In this document: positions 56,956 through 64,000 of the stretch, in pieces | Position numbering within the stretch: position 1 is the stretch's first letter | How the letters are laid out: each line of letters opens with the position of its first letter | Origin: Desulfosoma sp. | Lineage (GTDB): Bacteria; Desulfobacterota; Syntrophobacteria; Syntrophobacterales; DSM-9756 | DNA length: 64,000 nucleotides | NCBI GenBank assembly: GCA_037481835.1 | Contig: JBBFKW010000002.1 | Span: forward strand, 96,001 to 160,000 | Direction: 5' to 3' | The notes under the pieces: model-generated | Seen by the model: only the letters and a program-made list of their open reading frames with translations | What the model was told of the DNA's origin: nothing | Databases searched by the model: none | Translations under genes and position numbers: made by a program

Positions 56956-57701
56956 CTGCACGGGACGTCCGCCACGCATTTGCCGCACACGTCCACAAGG
57001 GGCAGGTCGGCATAGTGGCGATCGTTTTCCAGAAGCTGGGCGTAGCACCGATGGCGATCGAGCCCGTCTTGGGTGAGGGCGCCGTAGGTGCAGCGCCGGA
57101 CGCAGGCCGAGCACGAATGGCCGGACTTGGCCAGGCAGTATTCCCGTCCGGGACGAGTCGTGGGTTCCATGGGTTTGGACGTGACCAGACTGCCCAGCCG
57201 GCCGCACGCGCCTTGAGGGGTGATGAGCTGGTGATGAAGGCCGAAGGTTCCCAAGCCGGCGATGTATCCCAGATGCTTGTGGGACCATCGGCTCACCAGC
57301 CGCTTTTCATCAAAGTTGTGGGTCGCCGGTGTCACGGCGCTCTCATGGCCTTCCGCGGCAAACGCCTGCCGAAGAGCCTCGCAGATTTGGGCGATGAGGG
57401 CGTTGGTTGCCAGGTAGGCTTCGGCCCACGATCGGGCCGCATAGGGCGTTTTGTTTCGGTTTTTTTGAGCGAGGGCTTCCTGGAACGGCAGGAAAAACAC
57501 GACGACCGATGCGGCGGAAGAAAGCAGATCTCGGGGCAGGGCATGATCCGGGGCCACCACCTCGCGGAGTTTCTCAAAGAGCGGGTCTGTGACGTCGGCG
57601 ATGCCGACGCACACGGGAAACCGCCAGTACGCCCTCCCCCCGAAGCTGTCCGTGCAGCGGCGCACTTCCTTTTCGATGATATGTCGGATTCTCTGGATCA
57701 T
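56916..57701 (-). CDS. QueG-like (epoxyqueuosine reductase family) Fe-S protein
   Basis: WSHKH..YIAGLGTFG, GRLGSLVT, C..C..CV.RC, DVCGKC...PC. Confidence 0.75.
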   Translation of the reverse strand: MIQRIRHIIEKEVRRCTDSFGGRAYWRFPVCVGIADVTDPLFEKLREVVAPDHALPRDLLSSAASVVVFFLPFQEALAQKNRNKTPYAARSWAEAYLATNALIAQICEALRQAFAAEGHESAVTPATHNFDEKRLVSRWSHKHLGYIAGLGTFGLHHQLITPQGACGRLGSLVTSKPMEPTTRPGREYCLAKSGHSCSACVRRCTYGALTQDGLDRHRCYAQLLENDRHYADLPLVDVCGKCVADVPCSYGVPKASTAERR

Positions 57702-57832
57702 CAGACTCCCTCATGACGGCATGGGAGAAAAGAGCTCGAAACACCGGTGTGGTTGCGCCTTCGGTCTCGAGCCTTTACAATGGGCCTCGTTGTCCATGCA
57801 CTTCCGAGAATTCTTAATGCGCGGTTTCTCCC

Positions 57833-58324
57833 ATGACGAACATCCCTCAGGGATCCCAAGCGTTTTTTCGTGCCGACCGAAGAGCGAGCCGTTGGGACGT
57901 CACTGTCATGGTCCTGCTGGCGATCCTTCTTTTGATTCCCATCCCCTTCGTCCAGTTTCGGTCGTGGCCCGAAAGGCGCCTTATCCTGGAACGGCCAGTG
58001 CTCCCGTGGAGTGCCTTTCGCCTGTGCTACCACCCCATCGAAGGCGGACCGCCCGTGGAAGAGCTCTACCGCTTTGAGGGATCGGGACGCCTCGCCCCGC
58101 AACCCCTGAACGCCGTGTCTCCTTTGGCCTTGGAATCCTCGGAGCTCCCCTTTCTCCAATGGCAAAAGCAGCCGGAAATCGGCTTGCATGAAATCCATCG
58201 CACAGGGGCGTTGCTGGAAATCACGGTCCGCTGGCAACCCATCCTGGCCTACCCTTTGAAAATGCTTAGAGATGCCTGGCAGGCTCATCCCTTGGGATCC
58301 CACGGAGGTGAAGCCAGCCGATAA
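57833..58324 (+). CDS. Membrane-anchored hypothetical protein (DUF1850-like)
   Basis: Single TM helix followed by F.L.YH.....PVEE.Y. Confidence 0.5.
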   Translation: MTNIPQGSQAFFRADRRASRWDVTVMVLLAILLLIPIPFVQFRSWPERRLILERPVLPWSAFRLCYHPIEGGPPVEELYRFEGSGRLAPQPLNAVSPLALESSELPFLQWQKQPEIGLHEIHRTGALLEITVRWQPILAYPLKMLRDAWQAHPLGSHGGEASR

Positions 58325-58857
58325 ATGACCCGAATGCGTTCCGGGTTGACCCCCTCATCCAAAAGGGAGACGACGCGGCGCAGACTGCGCCGCAGCTTGT
58401 AAAGCGCCGCGTAGGAAGCCACCATATCGAAAGGCGCCGTGCTCATTTCGGGAAAGGCCTTTTCGAAGACGCTCAAGGCCTGTTCCAAGCGCTCCAGGCC
58501 CTGGCGATAATTGTTTTCCAGCATGGCAACGGAAACCAGATTCGTCAGCAGGCCGAAACACAGCACCGGGTCGCCGGCTGAGACGCCCAAACCTTCCTGA
58601 AGCAGGTCCTTGGCCTTGTCCGTGTTGTGATGGTGCAAGTAGAGGTAGCCCAAATCCCGGCACAGCCGTCCCTGGAGATCGAGGAATTGGCGGGTTCTCG
58701 CCAGATCCAGAGCGAGCTGGTAATAGCGGATGGCCTTGATGAAATGGCGCCGGGTGCAGGCCTGATCGCCCTGATGGATCCAGACAAGAACCTGGTCCCG
58801 GTCGGCGTCGGGATCCGAAGGCTCACGAGGGGGGCGCACCTGTAGACTCCTCTGCAA
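58285..58857 (-). CDS. TPR-like protein
   Basis: KAIRYYQLAL, LGYLY...A..LL.EGL helical repeats. Confidence 0.7.
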   Translation of the reverse strand: MQRSLQVRPPREPSDPDADRDQVLVWIHQGDQACTRRHFIKAIRYYQLALDLARTRQFLDLQGRLCRDLGYLYLHHHNTDKAKDLLQEGLGVSAGDPVLCFGLLTNLVSVAMLENNYRQGLERLEQALSVFEKAFPEMSTAPFDMVASYAALYKLRRSLRRVVSLLDEGVNPERIRVIYRLASPPWDPKG

Positions 58858-59893
58858 GTGTTGGCTCCTGCAGCCGAAGATTGGGAAAGACGAGCCGGCT
58901 TACGGCAAAGCTGAAGGCCAAGGGCAGCCAATAATACGCCATTCGATACAAAAGCACCGCCAGGAGGGCCTGGTTGTAGTCTTTGCCCAAAAGATAGAAC
59001 GCGCCCGCCATGGACCCTTCCATGAGGCCGAGGGATACGGGCGTGATGGAAAACAACCCTGTGAAAATGCCCACCGAAAACCCCACGGACAATTCCCTCA
59101 AGGAAATGGGGCAGTCGACGGCTTTGAAGGCGTACTTGAGACAGAGGAACATGAAGGCCCAATCCAGGGTGGCGTATAGGATCGGGCGCGTGAGGCGCGA
59201 GGTGTTCTGAATCATGAGAGTCAGGCTTTCGTCGAAGTTGTGAAAGAAGGCTTCGGCCTTCTTCGGCACAATCCACTGAGGCTTCTTGAGGACAGCGGCG
59301 AGGCGATGGGCGGCTCGAATGCTCACGTCCCACGCGCGACGGCGGAACGACGGGCTGATGAGGATCTGCAAGGTCATCCACGTCAAGACAAAAGCGGCGC
59401 TCAGGACGAGGATGGCCACCCCCAATTGCTTGGCGTGGATCTGAGCATGCCCGTAAAGATAAAAGAAGCCCAAATAGATGAGGATCACCGCCACGGTGTT
59501 GGTCAGAAACCCGTGAACCATGGAAATACTCAGCGTGCGGCTCGGCGGAATGCGCTGCCGGCTCAGGAGATAAACCTTGACCGCCAGGCCGCTCAGGCCT
59601 CCGAAGGGCATGAGGTAGTTGACGCAACAGGAGACGAGGGAAATGGAAAGGACCGTCCCCAGGGGCAGGGCGTGTTCCAAGTTCTTGATGAGCTCAAAAA
59701 GCACGGCCCCCATGAAGAGATAACTCAAAGCGCTGGCCCCGATGGCCGTGAGAGCCCACATGGGCTCGATTTCTTCGAGGCGCCTCGTAAGCACGGGAAG
59801 ATCCGCCCGATAGAGCACAAAGGCCAAGACGGCAAGCCCGAAAACGCCGGCGACCCAGAAGCGGATTCGATGACGCGCGGGGACACTCACCAT
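58823..59893 (-). CDS. LPG-synthase TM / YbhN-family flippase-like membrane protein
   Basis: P.GGLSG, TP.SLG.MEG, A.LLYR..YYWLP; multiple TM helices; RBS AAGGAG. Confidence 0.82.
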   Translation of the reverse strand: MVSVPARHRIRFWVAGVFGLAVLAFVLYRADLPVLTRRLEEIEPMWALTAIGASALSYLFMGAVLFELIKNLEHALPLGTVLSISLVSCCVNYLMPFGGLSGLAVKVYLLSRQRIPPSRTLSISMVHGFLTNTVAVILIYLGFFYLYGHAQIHAKQLGVAILVLSAAFVLTWMTLQILISPSFRRRAWDVSIRAAHRLAAVLKKPQWIVPKKAEAFFHNFDESLTLMIQNTSRLTRPILYATLDWAFMFLCLKYAFKAVDCPISLRELSVGFSVGIFTGLFSITPVSLGLMEGSMAGAFYLLGKDYNQALLAVLLYRMAYYWLPLAFSFAVSRLVFPNLRLQEPTLAEESTGAPPS

Positions 59894-60119
59894 GGGCTCC
59901 TTAATGGCTTGAGCACGTTGCAGCACAGGTCCTCTTACCAAAGCTTGGCGGTAGAGAAAAGACGATCTTCACGGGAACCGTCCGGGAGACAAGCCCAATG
60001 GGGCGGCATTCCGATGCGGTTGGGAATGCCTTGAATCCAATGGGAAGGGCACTCCGGGCTTGCGGAAAAGTGGCTTTCGGCTGTAGTGATATGAAACGCT
60101 GATTTCGAGACGATGACTC

Positions 60120-61025
60120 ATGCTCAGGGAATTGTGGAAGGCGATGGCAAGATTCGGGGAATACTCCACAGAAGACGTGCTCAAAATGGTGGGCGAGATC
60201 CCCACCTTTTCCACCGCGGTCTCCCATCTCCTAAAACAGCTTCGGGACCCGGATTCGGGCCTGGAAGACATTGCAGCGACCATTTCCGGGGATCCCGGCC
60301 TGTGCGCCCTGGTCCTGCGCATGGCCAATTCCCCCCTGTACCGGCAGGGCTACTCGGCCCCGGCGACGCTCAGCATCCCCAGAGCCGTCCATCTCTTGGG
60401 CCGAAAGACCATGGAATCGGCCGTGCTGAGCTACGCCCTCAAGAGCATGGTGCACACCTCGTCGTTGGCGGAAAAGCTCCTCTGGGAGCATGCGGTGGCG
60501 TGCGCCGTGGTGGCCTCGGAAGTCGTCCGGATCATGGGGTCCAAAAACCTGGACACGGCCTATGTGTGCGGACTCCTCCACGATGTGGGCAAAACCGTCT
60601 TGTGCCGGCGCTTCCCGGACGCCATGCACTCCATCCTCGAAGATCAATATAACGAGTCCTCCGAGGAAGACTCCTGGCCCTCCTCGGTGTCCTTGGAAAA
60701 AGAACGCCTGGGGATCGACCACTGCCACGTGGGCGCGGTGTGCCTCAATGTGTGGCAGTGCGGCGAAGAAGCTGCCATCGCGTGCGCCTATCACCACCGG
60801 CCTAAAGACGCCGCGGGAAGATCCGTGTGGCCTGCGGTGATCCGCGTGGCGGACATCCTCTGCCATAAGCTGGAATATGGCCCCATCCGCCGCCCCGCCA
60901 TGGACCTCAAACCCGTGGAGAAGGCTTTGCGGATCGAAACCTCCGAAATGACGGCTTTGCTCGCGGCGTGGCGAAAAAAGATCCAAGAGACCCTGCTCGC
61001 CTTTTCCGAAAACACTGCCGGTTAG
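60120..61025 (+). CDS. HDOD-domain protein
   Basis: DPGL...VLR.ANS, AV.LLG, LWEH, GLLHDVGK, E...LGIDH..VG, YHH. Alternative start 60144. Confidence 0.92.
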   Translation: MLRELWKAMARFGEYSTEDVLKMVGEIPTFSTAVSHLLKQLRDPDSGLEDIAATISGDPGLCALVLRMANSPLYRQGYSAPATLSIPRAVHLLGRKTMESAVLSYALKSMVHTSSLAEKLLWEHAVACAVVASEVVRIMGSKNLDTAYVCGLLHDVGKTVLCRRFPDAMHSILEDQYNESSEEDSWPSSVSLEKERLGIDHCHVGAVCLNVWQCGEEAAIACAYHHRPKDAAGRSVWPAVIRVADILCHKLEYGPIRRPAMDLKPVEKALRIETSEMTALLAAWRKKIQETLLAFSENTAG

Positions 61026-61049
61026 GTCCCTTCGATGGGGGGTGCCCCC

Positions 61050-61077
61050 AAAGAAAAAGGGCCCTTTCGGGCCCTTT
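61050..61077 (-). terminator. Intrinsic terminator downstream of tRNA-Gly (possibly bidirectional)
   Basis: AAAGGGCCC-TTTC-GGGCCCTTT with an A-tract on the left. Confidence 0.8.
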
Positions 61078-61087
61078 CCATGCGGGG

Positions 61088-61164
61088 TGGAGCGGGAGAC
61101 GGGCTTCGAACCCGCGACCCTCAGCTTGGAAGGCTGATGCTCTAGCCAGCTGAGCTACTCCCGC
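61088..61164 (-). tRNA. tRNA-Gly(TCC)
   Basis: GCGGGAG.../...CTCCCGCTCCA; anticodon arm TCAGC-CTTCCAA-GCTGA. Confidence 0.97.
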
Positions 61165-61331
61165 GTGAAATCAAGGCTTTCATAACACACGATCCCGCCG
61201 TTTTTCAACGATAATTTTGCCTTGCTTTTTCAGGCGGAACGTGGGATTCGATGAGACGAAACATTTTTTGTCAAAAAGGGTCCGATTCATGGGTGCGCCG
61301 GTGTGTCTTCAAAGATGTGTGAGGAGGTCCC

Positions 61332-62333
61332 ATGGAGAAACACTATCGAGATGTGATCGAACAGGTGAACATGTTGGAAGTGTTCAAGGCCCGTCGCATC
61401 GTGCAGCGGGTGCTGCCCAGGACCCCTTTGGCCCGGTACGAAAGATTGTGCGGAGAGTTGGGGGCGGATGTCTACATCAAGCATGAAAACCATCTGCCCA
61501 CCAATTCCTTCAAAGTCCGCGGCGCCGCGAATTTCATGGCCAATGTGACGCCGGAAATCGAGCGCACGGGGATCGTGGTGGCGACCCGAGGCAACCACGG
61601 CATGGCGGTGGCATGGGCGGCTCGGGAAAAAGGGATCTTTTGCAACGTGGTGGTCCCGGAAAGCAACGACCCGGAAATGAATGCGGCAATTGTCTCCTAC
61701 GGGGCCCAGCTCATCGTCAAGGGCGCGGACTTTTACGAAGCGCAGGACTACTGTGAAGAATTGGCGGAGAGCGCCGGCTATTATTATCTACGCCAAGGCA
61801 ACGAGCCCCATCTCATTACGGGCATTGCCGTGATGGGCGTGGAAATCTTCGAGGAACTCCCCGAAGTGGACGTCATCCTCATGCCCATCGGCGGGGGGAC
61901 GGGCTGCGCCGCCTTGGCTGCGGTCATCCAAGGAATCAACCCCAAGGTGGAACTCATCGGCGTCCAGGCGCACAACATCCCCTCCTTTTACGAATCGTGG
62001 AAGCAGAAGAAAAAGGTGACCGTCCCCCTGGCGGAAACCGTGGCTGATGGATTGGCGGCCCGGTCGGTTTTCGAGGTCCCGTTCCTCCTTTTGAAGGACG
62101 TGGTGAGCGATGTTGTCTTGCTGAGCGAGGATGAGCTGGTAGACGGGGTGCGGCTGGCGCTGCGCTATACCCACAATCTGGCGGAGGTGGCCGGGGCGGC
62201 GGCCCTGGCGGCGGCCTTCAAGATCCGGGAGCGTTTGGCCGGAAAGAAGGTGGTCGCGGTCATGACGGGCGGGAACATGACCTACGGGAAACTGGCCAGA
62301 ATCTTTGCCGAAGCGCCGGCTGCAGGCTGTTAG
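61332..62333 (+). CDS. PLP-dependent Ser/Thr dehydratase-family enzyme (no ACT domain)
   Basis: SFKVRGA, TRGNHG, PIGGGTG, TVADGL, TGGN. Confidence 0.88.
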   Translation: MEKHYRDVIEQVNMLEVFKARRIVQRVLPRTPLARYERLCGELGADVYIKHENHLPTNSFKVRGAANFMANVTPEIERTGIVVATRGNHGMAVAWAAREKGIFCNVVVPESNDPEMNAAIVSYGAQLIVKGADFYEAQDYCEELAESAGYYYLRQGNEPHLITGIAVMGVEIFEELPEVDVILMPIGGGTGCAALAAVIQGINPKVELIGVQAHNIPSFYESWKQKKKVTVPLAETVADGLAARSVFEVPFLLLKDVVSDVVLLSEDELVDGVRLALRYTHNLAEVAGAAALAAAFKIRERLAGKKVVAVMTGGNMTYGKLARIFAEAPAAGC

Positions 62334-62466
62334 ACCGGGCGCCGGGCAGAGCGCCCTGCTGCGGCCGCGGCCCTGGTGCCCCTTCGGTTTGCCGCTCCGG
62401 CGTGCAGGCCTGACGTTGGGGGTTTTGCCGTCGGAAGAAGCTGCCGCTGGTTCCTTCGGCGGCGTC

Positions 62467-63021
62467 TCACGCCGCCGAGCGGCATTCCAGGACGACCTTG
62501 TCGGCGCCGTCTTTTTCTTCCAGGTACACGTTAACCTGCTCTTCGGGGCGTGTCTTCAGTTCCAACCCCACGAAATGGGCGCAGATGGGCAGTTCTCGAT
62601 GCCCGCGATCGACCAGGGCGGCGACGCGCACCCTGCGCGGCCGGCCGTAATCCATCAGGGCGTCCAGGGCGGCGCGGATGGTACGCCCGGTAAAGAGCAC
62701 ATCATCCACGAGGACGATGTCCTTATCGTCCACGGCGAAAGGAAGCACGGTGGCACGCACCTTGGGCTGGATGTGGAGACGCGACCAATCGTCGCGATAG
62801 AGGTTGATATCCAGGGTGCCGATGGGCACGTGAAGCCCGTAATCCTTTTCGAGGATCCGGCCGAGGCGCCGGGCCAGGAAAACCCCGCCCGTGTGGATCC
62901 CCACCAGAGCCAGCGCGGAGGGGTCGTCGGCTTCATGGACGATTTCCCGGGCGATGCGCTCCAGAGCCCGTCCCATGGCATCGCTTTCCATGACCACGTG
63001 ATCGAGTGCTTTTGCATCCAT
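62467..63021 (-). CDS. pyrR: Pyrimidine regulatory protein / uracil PRTase PyrR
   Basis: RIA.EI, LDI.LYRDD, LVDDVLFTGRTIRAA, DRGHRELPI. Confidence 0.96.
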   Translation of the reverse strand: MDAKALDHVVMESDAMGRALERIAREIVHEADDPSALALVGIHTGGVFLARRLGRILEKDYGLHVPIGTLDINLYRDDWSRLHIQPKVRATVLPFAVDDKDIVLVDDVLFTGRTIRAALDALMDYGRPRRVRVAALVDRGHRELPICAHFVGLELKTRPEEQVNVYLEEKDGADKVVLECRSAA

Positions 63022-63262
63022 GGTGCCACCTACCGTGTCGTCGAGGAAAAGGAAAAGGGCGCCTCCGCGGGCACCCTGTCAAGCATACCCTAGGAAACCT
63101 CGTGTGGATTGTCAATCTTTTCAAAGGTACGCCCTGCCGTTCTTCGCCTCTTCTTGACGAAAGAAGGAGACCTTTGGTAAGGGGGGCCGGAACGGCGGGA
63201 AAGTCCCGCTGACGATGGGCCCACGGGCGCCGAAGCACGGCCGCCGGCAAAGGAGATTTCGC

Positions 63263-63949
63263 ATGGGTGCAAAGAAGATCAAGGTCCGCAAGAAAGACAC
63301 GGACAAAGCCGAGGAGATTTTGAGCCTGACCGATCGCGTCCTGGAATGGGGCCGAAAGCACCTGACCGTCCTTCTCGGCACGGTGGCGGGGCTTCTTTTG
63401 GTCATGGTGGTCTCGTGGGCCTACGGGGCCTATTCGGACATGAAGGAACGCAAAGCGCAGCGGGAACTGGCGGTCCTTTGGAAAGAAACAGAGGGGCTGG
63501 ATCGGAAGAACGCTGTAGCGCTGGAGGAGCATCTGAGCCGGATGAAGGCCGTTGTGGAAGGCCACAAAGGCACCGCCGCGGCGGCAGGGGCGGCCGCCAC
63601 CTTGGCGCGGCTCCTTTTCGATGCCGGTCGGTATGAGGAAGCCTTGTCGTGGTACGATCGGGCCCTCAAGGAATTCCCCAAGAATGCAGCGGCCGACGTG
63701 GTGCTCGATTACGGGCGGCTCATGTGCCTGGAATCCCTGGGCCGCGTGGAAGAGGCTTTGGCGGGCTGGGCCGCCTTGGCCGAAAAAGTGGACGGGGCCC
63801 TCAAAAGGGAATGCCTGTGGCATCAGGCGCGGCTGGCGTCCGCCAAAGGGGATCGGGACAAGGCCGTGACCCTGTACGAGGCGGCTTTGGCCGTCAAAGG
63901 CTTCTATCCGGAAGACGGCTTTCTCAGGGCGGAAAAAAGCCGGCTCTGA
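63263..63949 (+). CDS. Membrane-anchored TPR protein (YfgM-like)
   Basis: RBS AAGGAG; basic N-terminus, one TM helix, TPR repeats. Confidence 0.82.
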   Translation: MGAKKIKVRKKDTDKAEEILSLTDRVLEWGRKHLTVLLGTVAGLLLVMVVSWAYGAYSDMKERKAQRELAVLWKETEGLDRKNAVALEEHLSRMKAVVEGHKGTAAAAGAAATLARLLFDAGRYEEALSWYDRALKEFPKNAAADVVLDYGRLMCLESLGRVEEALAGWAALAEKVDGALKRECLWHQARLASAKGDRDKAVTLYEAALAVKGFYPEDGFLRAEKSRL

Positions 63950-64000
63950 AAACGCTTTCATCCTCGCAGGGCTGCGGCGCAAACCGGTATTTCGGGGGCG

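Noticed and set aside
60045..60065. Possible sigma54 promoter before the HDOD gene (GGGCAC...TTGC)
   Set aside because: GG-to-GC spacing is longer than the required 10 nt.
48343..61164. tRNA-Pro and tRNA-Gly as island integration sites
   Set aside because: No integrase or duplicated tRNA 3' end seen in the window.

Overview
GC-rich chromosomal window, most likely from a sulfate-reducing Desulfobacterota bacterium. This is inferred from a QmoC-like gene, an hdrCBA-flxDCBA cluster and a periplasmic CbiK; trmI hints at thermophily. In order the window holds: the 3' part of qmoC, a GlcD-like oxidase, an AttH-like secreted protein and an imuB-dnaE2 mutasome cassette. Next is a ~20 kb phosphate-starvation island marked by five arrays of 11-bp-phased GTCAC repeats, containing PIN-PhoH, a GT4/deacetylase/flippase operon, a PHP-GT4 fusion with an OlsF-like acyltransferase, arsC, and a C-P lyase operon ending in a dksA paralog. 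Then come a DUF3419-like/rubrerythrin/trmI operon, feoAAB, pcm, a degenerate GGDEF gene, GAF-GAF + hdrCBA-flxDCBA, tRNA-Pro and a eukaryote-type double-domain PFK. A metal/cofactor region follows (Mo/W-bisPGD enzyme, His-rich protein, DUF4198, cobalamin riboswitch, cbiK, QueG-like protein), then tRNA-Gly, a PLP dehydratase and pyrR. The best hidden signal is a gene the ORF track truncates at its TGA: a TusA/SirA-like protein with an in-frame TGA (Cys-Sec motif) followed by a SECIS-like hairpin (54877-55149). Two MITE-like elements with shared ends sit exactly on TAG stop codons. All calls are from motif recognition by eye; no searches were run.
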